From Candidatus Cloacimonadales bacterium (GTDB lineage Bacteria > Cloacimonadota > Cloacimonadia > Cloacimonadales > JAIOQZ01): a stretch of DNA of 64,000 nucleotides. Below, in pieces: positions 9,135 through 19,000 of the stretch (position 1 is its first letter; each line of letters starts with the position of its first letter). The DNA lies in the NCBI GenBank assembly GCA_963662655.2, contig CAXXTU010000002.1, positions 2,336,001-2,400,000 of the forward strand. The letters run 5' to 3'. The notes under the pieces were generated by a model, which worked only from the letters and a program-made list of their open reading frames with translations, did no database searches and was not told the DNA's origin. Position numbers and translations under genes: made by a program.

Positions 9135-10633
9135 TGATGAAGAAGTATGGCTTTGACGGCATTCGCCTTCAGAAGAGAAAGCAACTACTCGAGATGGATT
9201 ACAATCCATATCCATATAATTTTGGCGACTTTACCTCGGTTGAAGAGATTCGCAGGTACGGGGATTCGAACACTCTGACCGAAGAAGCGGATTCGAAGGA
9301 ATTTACAGCGGTCGGGAGACTCTGGTCCAAGCGCAAGATGGGCAAGAGCGTATTCATCGACCTGAAGGATCAGACGGCGAAGATCCAGGGGCTTGTTTCA
9401 CGTGAAAGCATAGACCCCGAGTACTGGAAGCTGATTTCCACGCTCGATCTGGGCGACATCATTGCGATTACCGGCTCGCTCTTCATGACGAAAACCGGCG
9501 AAATGACGATGCGCCTGAGCAAGCTTGAAATCCTGTCCAAGACGGTCGTTCCCATCCCCATGGGGAAAGAGACCGACGACAAGGTGTTCAACCGCGTCGC
9601 GGACCCGGAGGCCAAGTATCGCGAGCGTTACATCGACTGGATGCTCGATCCAGAAGACCGCAACCGCATCTTCCTGCGCGCGAAGATCATCTCCGCTGTG
9701 CGGGAGGTTATGGAGTCGTGGGGATTCATCGAAGTGACCACGCCGACCATCGAATTCGTGTATGGTGGCGCGGAGGCGCGTCCATTCGAGACCTCCATCT
9801 GGGCGTTGGGAAACAGTCCCGCTTACATGAGAATCTCGCCCGAGCTATATTTGAAGCGCTTCATCGTGGCTGGTTTCGACAAGGTTTACACCATCTGCCA
9901 GAACTTCCGCAACGAGGGAATCGACAACACCCATAATCCCGAGTTCACCATGATCGAGTGGTACGAGACGTTTACCGACTACGAAGATCAGATGCGGAAT
10001 TTCGAGAACCTGGTATCCGGTGTATGCCAAAAAGTCCACGGCACGACGAAAATCACCTATCAGGATCGGGAGATCGAGTTCAAGCCACCTTGGCGCAGAA
10101 TAACGGTTTTGGAAGCCCTGAAGGAAATTGCCGGTATCGATGCGGATGCCATGAACCTCGAGGAGCTCGTCGCGGTGATGAAGAAGCACGAGATGAAGAT
10201 CGAGAAGAACCTGAGCTGGGGCGTCGCGGTGATGAAGTTGTTTGAAGAACTCTGCGAGGACAAGCTGGTTCAGCCAACGTTCATCATGAACCACCCGTGG
10301 GAGATTTCTCCCCTCACCAAGATCAAGCGTGGCGACGAGCGTTTTGTGGAACGTTTCGAGCCGTACGTTTGCGGAATGGAGCTGGGTAACGCGTACTCGG
10401 AGATGACGGACCCGGTTCTGCAGCTCGAGCGTCTTCAGGCGCAGCGCGAGCCACAGGAAGGCCAGGACTACTCCGATCATCCGGTCGACGCCGATTTCGT
10501 GAAGGCCATCGGCTGCGGAATGCCGCCTACGGGTGGCGTTGGCGTAGGTATCGATCGTCTGGTCATGCTCCTTACGGACAGCCAGAACATCCGCGACATC
10601 ATCCCCTTCCCCATGTACAAACCGAAGAAGTAG
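9134..10633 (+). CDS. lysS: Lysyl-tRNA synthetase, class II
   Basis: OB-fold RKMGK..FIDL.D; GGAEARPF, RISPELYLKR, FRNEGID.THNPEFTMIEWY, ELGNAYSE, GMPPTGG.G.GIDRL; start overlaps the upstream stop (TAATG). Confidence 0.93.
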   Translation: MMKKYGFDGIRLQKRKQLLEMDYNPYPYNFGDFTSVEEIRRYGDSNTLTEEADSKEFTAVGRLWSKRKMGKSVFIDLKDQTAKIQGLVSRESIDPEYWKLISTLDLGDIIAITGSLFMTKTGEMTMRLSKLEILSKTVVPIPMGKETDDKVFNRVADPEAKYRERYIDWMLDPEDRNRIFLRAKIISAVREVMESWGFIEVTTPTIEFVYGGAEARPFETSIWALGNSPAYMRISPELYLKRFIVAGFDKVYTICQNFRNEGIDNTHNPEFTMIEWYETFTDYEDQMRNFENLVSGVCQKVHGTTKITYQDREIEFKPPWRRITVLEALKEIAGIDADAMNLEELVAVMKKHEMKIEKNLSWGVAVMKLFEELCEDKLVQPTFIMNHPWEISPLTKIKRGDERFVERFEPYVCGMELGNAYSEMTDPVLQLERLQAQREPQEGQDYSDHPVDADFVKAIGCGMPPTGGVGVGIDRLVMLLTDSQNIRDIIPFPMYKPKK

Positions 10634-10668
10634 TCAATTCGGGGATACTCCCCGACAATATAATGTGG

Positions 10669-10707
10669 AAACGCCTCCGGTGGTTAGCTCCCGCTGGAGG
10701 CGTTTTT
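10669..10707 (+). terminator. Intrinsic terminator after lysS
   Basis: AAACGCCTCCGGTGG/CCGCTGGAGGCGTTTTT. Confidence 0.75.
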
Positions 10708-10805
10708 GCATGTGCCTATGGGTTTGCAGAAATCTTTTTTAGGTTTTTATGCAAATCTGGTAGGTAAGCATCTGACGAAGCGTTATAACCTGAGCTTCCT
10801 TTCTC

Positions 10806-10892
10806 TGTCATCCTTGATCTGTGATTTTATTCACAAAATCGAATCCCTCAACAGAGTCGAGGGGGCAATGTCTATGCTTCGACTCCGCTCAG
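10806..10892. repeat. REP-like element of the CTTCGACTCCGCTCAG family (second copy near 33.1 kb)
   Basis: Identical 16-mer at 10877-10892 and 33142-33157; shared upstream TGTCAT...TGATCTGTG.TTTT. Confidence 0.6.
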
Positions 10893-10926
10893 TTACGATA
10901 TCAACATACAAGCACTTCGCGTTTCC

Positions 10927-11090
10927 GGCAAGATTTCGTTTTCGTTGCACGAAAGCCGACTCCAGCACAAGTGCTTTCGGCAAGATTTCGTTTTCGTTGC
11001 ACGAAAGCCGAAATTATCCGCTAACATAATTTCATTACATGAAATTACAACGCTCAGGATTTCGTTTTCGTTGCACGAAAGCCGAAATTA
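10927..11090. repeat. Three direct copies of a ~30-bp palindromic repeat
   Basis: GATTTCGTTTTCGTTGCACGAAAGCCGA at about 10932, 10984 and 11058. Confidence 0.85.
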
Positions 11091-11528
11091 CTATTTCATC
11101 AAAATCGCCTTGATGGCTCCGGCGTATTCCCCACTCTCCATCGTGATCATGTAAACGCCCGACGGCGCGTGGTTCCCGCAGTTATCGCAACCATCCCAGA
11201 CAAACGTATTGCGCCCTTTGCGGCCAATACCGCTGAACTGCTGAACAAGCTGTCCCTTCACATCATTGATATCGATCGTGAATTCAGCTTCCCTCTCGAG
11301 ATAGAAAGCCAGCGTTGTTTCAGGATTGAATGGATTCGGATCGTTCGGCAGCAGCATTGTAAGGTGCTCGCTGCTATCTGAAGCTTCCTCTCTCTCTGGG
11401 TAATCGGTCTGTTCGTTCATAGCATAATATACCTCTGTGTTCATCGACGGATTACCGCTTCTCTGGGCAAACAGGTTCCCCACCGTCAGCAAGCAAAAAA
11501 TCGAAAGAATCAAAATGATTTTCGTCAT
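11091..11528 (-). CDS. Small secreted protein consisting almost only of a FlgD/T9SS-like C-terminal domain
   Basis: Signal peptide; NDPNPFNPETT...DVKGQLV...WDG.D..G...PSGVY...KAILMK; GGAGG RBS. Confidence 0.8.
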   Translation of the reverse strand: MTKIILILSIFCLLTVGNLFAQRSGNPSMNTEVYYAMNEQTDYPEREEASDSSEHLTMLLPNDPNPFNPETTLAFYLEREAEFTIDINDVKGQLVQQFSGIGRKGRNTFVWDGCDNCGNHAPSGVYMITMESGEYAGAIKAILMK

Positions 11529-11860
11529 CTCATACCTCCCTCAAGATATCTCATGGCGCTATCGAAGAGCGCTCCTTCACCGGTAACTTCCACCTTATAC
11601 TTCTATGCTATCCGCGCAATCCGATTCTGTCAATTTTCGTCTCTTTCGCAGGCAGAAACAAAGATGATTATTATTTGGGATTCCTGTGAAAAATCGAGAA
11701 ATTTCATTATGCGTTTAATCTGACTTGACGAGTTTCGGAGGGAAACGGGCGTGTGGCGACAACCATATCAAACCCAACGAATTACTATCCAGGAAAGGGA
11801 TTCTCTTGACGGATTCGAGCAGAAGTTTACTTATATGCACGTCAACCAAAGGGGATTTCG

Positions 11861-13414
11861 ATGCAAACCAAGCAAAATACCGAAGAAGTTAAAAAACTTG
11901 TCGCATTGGTTCGTGAAAAAATGCATTCTTCACCCGAAGAGGCTCTGGAATATCTTGCCGAATGCGATCAGATCATCGAATCGATGCCGGATAATGCAGC
12001 CAAAGGAATGCTGATCGCCCTCGTCTACCAGTATTACCTGCATCTCGATCATCTTGGTGAAGCCGAGAGGGGTTACAACATGGGGTTGGAGCTTTCCGAG
12101 AAAATGGGCGAGCTTCGCGATGTGGCGATCCTGAACAGCAATCTGGGACTGATTTACAGCAGAAAAGGCAACCTGAATCGATCGCTGGACCACTTCATGA
12201 ATGCCCTCGATTACTTTGAACAGCATGACGACAAGATGATGCAAGCTCAACTATACAACAACATTGGCGTCCTGTACAGCAACAAGCTCGAGTTCGACCG
12301 AGCGCTAGACTTCATGATGAAGGCCATGAACATCCGGGAGGAAATTGACGATCAGGTGAATCTGTGCGACACGGCGATCAATATCGGTAACCTTTACACT
12401 CGCATCGGGAAACCGGAAATGGCGATCGAATACTTCCGGTACGCGCTCGATTATTGTCCCGAGGACGACGTCAACCGCGTTTGCAGTATTTACAGCAATC
12501 TTTGCCAGACGAACATGATGGTGGCAAAATCACAAGAGGCCCTCGATTACGGGCTGAAAGCGCTCGATTTATACGATCGTATAGGCGATGCGAAGCCACA
12601 GGCATCGCTCATGAACAACCTTGGGAACCTTTACTACAATCTCAGGGATTTCATTCACGCGAAGGAGTTCTACCAGAGAGCTATCGATCAGTACAGCCAG
12701 AAAAACGAGCCGTGGGGGACTGCCAATGCCTTGACCAGCATGGCAAACAGCGAGATTCGTCTTTTGCAATACGACCTTGCACTGACCCATCTGCTGCAAG
12801 CACGCACGATCGCAGAGGAAATCGACGCCATCGATATCCTTTACCTGAATCACCAGAACTCGTTCCTTCTCTATATGAGCCTTGCCGACAGCGAGAAAGA
12901 GAACCACCTTAAACGTTCGGGGTATTTGAAAAAGGCCCTGGACGAACAAAGCGCTTTGCTCGCGCTACGCGAGCGCATCTCTTCCGAAGAGAAAACGCGT
13001 GCACTTGCAGAGATGGAGCTCAAATACGACTCGGAAAAGAAATCCAAGGAAGCCGAAATCTATCGCCTGAAAAACGTTGAACTGGCCGAAGCGTACGAGA
13101 AACTCAAATCGGCTCAGGACGAGATTATACAGCTCGAAAGAAGCAATTCCGTTTCCGCTATGGCCGTTACCGCGAATCACCAAATCAACCAACCCCTTAC
13201 CGTTTTACAGGGAAATCTTGACCTCCTCGAAATCCAGCTTGCCGGAAACCATGACGCGATGAAGTTTTTGGAACGGGCGCGGCAGGCGGCTCAGAAGATT
13301 CGGGACATCGTTGTCAGCTACAAAGATATCGAGAGTTATCGTTTCGAGAAGTACAGTGAGAAAACACAGATGGTCGTTATTGACAAAAAGAAGGATCCTG
13401 CCGATTGTGAATAG
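11861..13414 (+). CDS. TPR-repeat protein with coiled coil and HisKA-like (DHp) tail, no HATPase domain
   Basis: NLG/NNIG/NNLG TPR helices; KYDSEKKSKEAEIYRLKN; AMAVTANHQINQPL; ends about 75 aa after the His. Confidence 0.85.
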   Translation: MQTKQNTEEVKKLVALVREKMHSSPEEALEYLAECDQIIESMPDNAAKGMLIALVYQYYLHLDHLGEAERGYNMGLELSEKMGELRDVAILNSNLGLIYSRKGNLNRSLDHFMNALDYFEQHDDKMMQAQLYNNIGVLYSNKLEFDRALDFMMKAMNIREEIDDQVNLCDTAINIGNLYTRIGKPEMAIEYFRYALDYCPEDDVNRVCSIYSNLCQTNMMVAKSQEALDYGLKALDLYDRIGDAKPQASLMNNLGNLYYNLRDFIHAKEFYQRAIDQYSQKNEPWGTANALTSMANSEIRLLQYDLALTHLLQARTIAEEIDAIDILYLNHQNSFLLYMSLADSEKENHLKRSGYLKKALDEQSALLALRERISSEEKTRALAEMELKYDSEKKSKEAEIYRLKNVELAEAYEKLKSAQDEIIQLERSNSVSAMAVTANHQINQPLTVLQGNLDLLEIQLAGNHDAMKFLERARQAAQKIRDIVVSYKDIESYRFEKYSEKTQMVVIDKKKDPADCE

Positions 13415-13461
13415 TTACATCTCTTTTCCGGATCCCGCATTCTTTCTGAAATCTTGTACCG

Positions 13462-13583
13462 CCGTGGATCAGATTGGTTCGATCCGAACGAAGGTGTATT
13501 CATTCACGGCTGGAGTGTCCCGGAAGCCGTGGTGTTATACACCGGAGTGAGAGCGGAGCGTGATCGGGCCAATGTGACCGCGG
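13462..13583 (+). ncRNA. Candidate structured element, copy A (rod-like hairpin)
   Basis: CCGTGG-TC/GACCGCGG, ATTGGTTCGATC/GATCGGGCCAAT, GGTGTAT/ATACACC, CACGGCT/AGCCGTG. Confidence 0.5.
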
Positions 13584-13610
13584 ATGTCGGTTGTAGGGTA
13601 ATGGCTTTCC

Positions 13611-13737
13611 AGCGTGGAATCTTCATCCGATCTGCCGCTCCAACGTGGATATACCACACCTTTTTGACTATCGAACAATAAAGATAAGGTGTGGAACACC
13701 ACGTATTCGCGTCGGATCGAACGAATCTTCTCACGCT
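13611..13737 (-). ncRNA. Candidate structured element, copy B
   Basis: On the minus strand: AGCGTG/CACGCT, TTCGTTCGATC/GATCGGATGAA, CGTGG/CCACG, CCACACCTT/AAGGTGTGG; 37/41 nt identical to 60174-60214. Confidence 0.55.
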
Positions 13738-13779
13738 TCGAGGTACAGATGCGAAGTTTCCCCCATAGATTAGGATGCA

Positions 13780-13807
13780 GCAAAGCCCCCTTTCCAGGGG
13801 GCTTTGC
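13780..13807 (-). terminator. Terminator-like hairpin
   Basis: GCAAAGCCCCCT/AGGGGGCTTTGC; weak U-tract. Confidence 0.55.
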
Positions 13808-13827
13808 AATACAGTGCATTCAATTAT

Positions 13828-15900
13828 CTATTTTATTAGAACCATTTTTCGGGTCATAACACGATCACCGCTCTTCAGTTGATAGAAATAGATACCGCTC
13901 GAAACGCTCTTTCCCGCATCATCTGCACCGTTCCACACCGCGTGGTGCCGACCGGAATCCAGCGGTTGATTTACCAGCGTCTTCACGAGCTGACCCCGAA
14001 CGTTGTACACGGCAAGGGTGGTTTGAGCATGCTCGGGGATGTCGAACCGAATGTTCGTCTCCGGATTGAACGGGTTGGGGTAGTTTTGCAGGTCCATCGC
14101 TTCGATTTCAGGCGAGTCTCCAGCGCTGAGCATGAATTCCACGTCGACCGCCATGTACTTTATCATCCCACCTTCGTTGGTCCCCTGCCCCTGAATGTAC
14201 GAGCCAAAGCTATTGTCGTCAAAGAAGAAAAGATGGATTCGCCCAACACCGTTTCCGCGGTATTCGATATGATCCGCAGGATACACATAGACCGGCGTCA
14301 TTCCTTCCAGTTCGGGTGTCTCGTTTGCGTTGAGGCGGATCGGCTCCATCCATTCACGCCCATCCACACTGATGGAAATCATGATCTCAGGCACGGTAGC
14401 CCAGTCTGCGTAATCCTCGTCACCGGCTTCATTGAAGTAACGGCATTTCAACCCGTCCTGCCATACAGCAGCGTAATAGTTGTACTCTAGATTTGCGCTG
14501 AACTTGTAGCTGTTCTCGTGGAACGCCTCATCCCAACCATGCCACCAGATGGGCCACCCGTAATTCGCAGCAACGGTACCGTCATCAAAGTATTCATCTA
14601 CCTCCCCATCCTGATCCTCATCCCAGGGGATGTATGGATACTCGTTTGCAGGCGGAACGCTTTGCGGATAGAGGTCCTTGAATTCCCACTCCTCAATTGC
14701 TGGATCGAAAACGATGTCTTTCACATAGCTGTAATAGCCCCAGAGGAAATGCTCGTCATCCGGACTCATGTACCCCAGAACCATGTTGCCGATAAAGTGA
14801 AGCCGCCCGTCCGCGTCGAACATCGCCTGCGGGTGACTGCTGTTAACCAGATCGAAGTAGATGTCTGAGCCCTCGTACTCAAAATAAGGGGATCCATCCT
14901 CGTTCTCCGGATTATCAAGGTAGTAAGCAGATTCATGTTCGTAGATATGCCAGACGCCCTCACCGTAATTGTCGTTGTATATCACGAGCATCTCCGAGCC
15001 CGATTCCGGCAGATCGTCGGCATTCAGATAGCCGATCATGCCGATCTTTCCATCTTCGGTAACCGCAATCCCTTTCTGATAACGTCCCCAGGTCGGCCCA
15101 GCGTTGTAACTGTCCAGCATCTCGATGGTGGTGTATGTCCATTCTGCGTTCATGATGTCACCGGTTTCGATGTCCGCCGTGGTGTAATCGGTGTATGCGA
15201 TCAACACGTTCTCGGATGGATTATCCGTATGAGAAGTATTGTTGGTTGCAAACACAAATACCCTTCGCTTACCGTCCTCGGCGTATGTAGGGGACTTCAT
15301 GATGAACACGTAAGGCCAGCCGAAGAGATCGTCCTCAAATGGCGTAATAACCCCGGCAATCTCCGAATTATCTACAATGTTGAACGGCGAGGAAATCAGC
15401 CCGGGTGAGCTGAGCAGATGCCACACATCATATCCTCCGGTAATCGTCATCTCGGGCAATCCGAAATTCACATGATAAGCGATAAGCGGATCGCCGGTCA
15501 CAGGATCGAGGTCCAGCGAGCCATAACCCTCGGACACATCTTCCTGAGAAAGGTAGTTCACACTGTTGAGCGTACCGTCATGGTTAATGTAAGCCAGATA
15601 CTGCCGGCGGGTAGAGCTTGCTGTTTCACGGCTGTGGAAGGTTACGTATAGTCCGCCCGTAGCATCGTTCTGCTGAAAGTGTATGGGATTCGCAATGTAG
15701 CTTCCCGGCATGTAATCGTAGTATGAAGTCTGTATATCGACGGGGGGAATGCTTACATCGTGATTGGGCGCATTTCTGCTGCTGGAAGAGGCTTTCGGGT
15801 GAATCCGGCACTCGGCCTCAGTCGGTTTGTCTGGGATCATCTCCCCTGCAAAAGCAAGGGCTACGCTAAAAAGAAGCAAAATGATCAGCAAGTTTCTCAT
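13828..15900 (-). CDS. Secreted acidic protein (beta-propeller-like) with FlgD/T9SS-like C-terminal domain
   Basis: Signal peptide MRNLLIILLLFSVALAFA after GGAGG; QNYPNPFNPETNI...YNVRGQLVKTL...SGIYFY...RKMVLIK. Confidence 0.85.
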   Translation of the reverse strand: MRNLLIILLLFSVALAFAGEMIPDKPTEAECRIHPKASSSSRNAPNHDVSIPPVDIQTSYYDYMPGSYIANPIHFQQNDATGGLYVTFHSRETASSTRRQYLAYINHDGTLNSVNYLSQEDVSEGYGSLDLDPVTGDPLIAYHVNFGLPEMTITGGYDVWHLLSSPGLISSPFNIVDNSEIAGVITPFEDDLFGWPYVFIMKSPTYAEDGKRRVFVFATNNTSHTDNPSENVLIAYTDYTTADIETGDIMNAEWTYTTIEMLDSYNAGPTWGRYQKGIAVTEDGKIGMIGYLNADDLPESGSEMLVIYNDNYGEGVWHIYEHESAYYLDNPENEDGSPYFEYEGSDIYFDLVNSSHPQAMFDADGRLHFIGNMVLGYMSPDDEHFLWGYYSYVKDIVFDPAIEEWEFKDLYPQSVPPANEYPYIPWDEDQDGEVDEYFDDGTVAANYGWPIWWHGWDEAFHENSYKFSANLEYNYYAAVWQDGLKCRYFNEAGDEDYADWATVPEIMISISVDGREWMEPIRLNANETPELEGMTPVYVYPADHIEYRGNGVGRIHLFFFDDNSFGSYIQGQGTNEGGMIKYMAVDVEFMLSAGDSPEIEAMDLQNYPNPFNPETNIRFDIPEHAQTTLAVYNVRGQLVKTLVNQPLDSGRHHAVWNGADDAGKSVSSGIYFYQLKSGDRVMTRKMVLIK

Positions 15901-15979
15901 CGTAACCTCCAGTTTGTTCATTCATGTCAGTATTGTATGAAGAATCTTCACTTTGTCAAGAAAGGATTCGTTGCGGATG

Positions 15980-16015
15980 AAAAAAGAAAACCCGAATCCG
16001 AGGATCCGGGTTTTC
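15980..16015 (-). terminator. Intrinsic terminator
   Basis: GAAAACCCG/CGGGTTTTC with T-run on the minus strand. Confidence 0.7.
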
Positions 16016-16036
16016 AATTATGTCAGAGCTATACGA

Positions 16037-19000
16037 TTACTTCAGAAGGATCATCTTCTTGGTGCTTGTATAGCGTCCGGCTTTCATTTTGTAGAAGTAA
16101 ACACCGCTACCAACGTTCTTGCCATTCGAGTCGTTACCGGTCCACTGAACCTGATGACTTCCGGCTTCCATCTTCTCGTTCACAAGAGTGCGAACCAGCT
16201 GACCCTTGAGGTTGTATACCTCGATGGTCACGTCTGACTGCTGCTTGAGTGAGAAGTGGATGGTTGTTACAGGGTTGAATGGGTTCGGGTAGTTACCTTC
16301 CAGAGCTGTGAAAGCTGGAACGTTGCCAGGATCGTTGTTGGTGATGTTCACGATGTTTGAAGGACCTGATTCGTTTCCGTCTGTATAAACAGCGGTTACG
16401 TAGTAGCTGTGGCCACCGGCAGGCACGTTCACATCGTTATAAACAGTGATGTTTACGTTATTCTGCGTTGCATGATACTGATCGTCGCGATAGATGTTGT
16501 ACGAGCCAACGGTAGGACGATCACGATGAACTGGAGCTACGTAAACAGAGCCGTCGTTCTTGCGGCTTCCGACGATATTCTCTGAAGGTTCGCCGAATCC
16601 GAAAACAGCTTCGCCACGTGCATTGTTTACATAGACGTCGTCCATTCTCATCCAGTACACATCGGTAACTTCGTTATGTACGAATGCAATGCGGCAATTC
16701 TGACCAGCGTAATCGCTGAGGTCAACGGTTACCTCATGCCAGACAGTGCTTGATAACGTTTCTTCGTGAAGGGTCACGTCGAAGTCGTTAACGCCAGCAC
16801 CGGTGGTTGAAAGGAGAACTTCGTAGTGCTCTGCCGGCCAGTCGCCATCGACAGCCGCTACCCAGAAGCTGAGCTCGTATCCACCCTGAATTGCGATAGG
16901 AGGAGTGATGAGCCAGTTGTCCGGAGTAAGAGCGCCAATGTCGTTGATGAACGATGCTGAGCCAATCATGTACTCGCCCGAATGAGCTTCGCCCCAGTTT
17001 GTTCCGTCGAGGATTTCCCAATTGTAGGCGTCGCCATCGTTGTTGATGAGAGACCAACCTTCAGGAATTGCTGCATCTTCGAAATCTTCGCTGATGCTGT
17101 CGACAGCTTCCTGGTTGGTTCCAGGAGCATCCCACTGAAGAAGGACGTTGAAACCGTTAACGGTTGCTTCGAGCATTTCAGGTGGATCGTATTCGAGCTC
17201 TTCGATCTCAACTTCGTCCGAGTTGGAAGGAGCTGATTCGTTTGCTGCGTTGTTATATACAGCGGTTGCATAGTAGGTGTAAGTGCCCGGTTCCAGCGCT
17301 TCATCGAGATAATCAAGCTGGAATGCGTCTTCTACGAATGCAATTTGTTCGCCGTTACGATAGATTTTGTAACCTTCGAGATCGCGGTTGCGATTGAGAG
17401 GTTCGGGGGTAATGATGTTGGTGTGTTCCTGTTCGAATGCAGGAAAAACATCAACGTTTCTTGGTGAGCTTGCCAATGGGACAAGGTCGTCACAACCGCG
17501 TCCACCGGTGGCGAAGCCAACGATGTTCCAGTTGTAGTTGAGGTTCGGGTACTCGGTAACCAGACTGAACCAGCCACCGAGATTGAGCAGGTCACTCTTA
17601 TAGGCGACTGCTGGGCCGGCGTCGCAGCCAGCCGGGTGGTCGCCACCGGTATTGGCGCGGAAACCGATCCAGAGTTCTTCAGAAGCGTCGATCATGACAG
17701 GAGTGTTCAAAGTGAAGTAGTTCCATTGATCGATCGTAACATCAACTTCCTGGTCCACAATCATGCTACCTGCGTTAACATTGGTTCCGTTAACGCTACC
17801 GCCGGTCCAAACACGGACGTAGTAGTCGCAGTCTTCATAGCGAGGGAAGAAACCGACCTGATTGAGGCTCAGTCCATCGAAAGCATCGAGGTCACTTGTG
17901 TCGAAACGAATCGCGACGTCAAAGTCGGTTGCAGAGTTGGTTCCGATACCGTCATAGTTTTCGCCGTCATCGTAGCGAAGTTCGGTGAAAGGCGAGTTCC
18001 AGCTAAGCTGTACGTTCACGTCGTTCACGACGGTTGCTTCGAAGTTTGTCGGCGCGGGGAATTCACTCGCAGCGGCAAGCTCGAAATCAACGGTTTCAGT
18101 CTGATCTGCGGTAATGACAACATCTTCTTCGACGTATGTCATGTATCCGGCAGCAGAACAAGAAACATCGTATGTTCCTTCGTCTACTTCAAATGAATAC
18201 TCACCGGAAGCGTTGGTTGTTCCGGAAGCGGTTCCGGCAACGATAACAGCGCCTTCGATCGGTGCGTTTGTATCTGCGTCGGTTACCGTACCTTCAAGCG
18301 TTCCGGCCACTAAGGCTTCGATAACGACTTCAACATTGTTCGAACCTTCTGATTCGCCTTCGTCCCAAAGAGCGCTCACATAATAAGAGTAAGTGCCGTC
18401 TTCGAGATCTTCGTCGAGGTAAGTAAGGGTTTCAGCGTCATCGACGGTTGCCACGTTTTCACCATCGCGATAGACTGCGTAACCGGTAAGTTCGCGGTCT
18501 CTCGGGGTGCTAACTTGACGGAATTCACGTTCGATAGCGACTTCGGTATTGACAGCCGGGCGTTCCGGTGATGTCAGAGGAATAAGTTCGCCACCTGCAC
18601 GTTCGGCGGTAGCCATACCAACGATGTTCCAGTTATAGTCGAGGTTGGCATATTCCGTAACCATGCTGAACCAGCCGCCGAGGTTGAGAAGGTCGCCCTT
18701 GTAAGCAACGGCGGGACCTTCGTCACAGCCAGCCGGATGGTCGCCCTGAGTATTGGCTCTGTAGCCAATCCAGAGTTCTTCATCGGCATCGATCGTAAGG
18801 GCAGTTTCAAGTGTGACATAGTTCCATTCTTCGATGGTAAATGTGTCAACAGCCTGATCAACAACCATAGTACCTGAGTTGATGGTTGTTCCGTTAACGC
18901 TTCCGCCGGTCCATACACGGATCGAGTATTCACAATCCGCATAGCGAGGGAAGAAGCCGACCTGATAGAGTGCATACCCGTCATAGGATGCAAGGTCACT

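Noticed and set aside
10927..11090. CRISPR array
   Set aside because: Only three repeats, very unequal spacers, similarity extending into the flanks, and no cas genes.
13462..13737. Integron attC interpretation of the rod elements (GTTATAC resembles an R' site)
   Set aside because: The partner arm lacks the conserved AAC in all three copies, copy B has GTTCCAC, and there is no integrase or cassette array. An IntegronFinder run would settle it.
13611..13737. Hairpin or hammerhead ribozyme, 6S, SRP or retron identity for the rod elements
   Set aside because: GUGGUAUAU and AGAA are present, but there is no AGAAACA, NGUC or CUGAUGA core, no SRP helix-8 motif and no reverse transcriptase. Multiple and inverted copies are unlike 6S.
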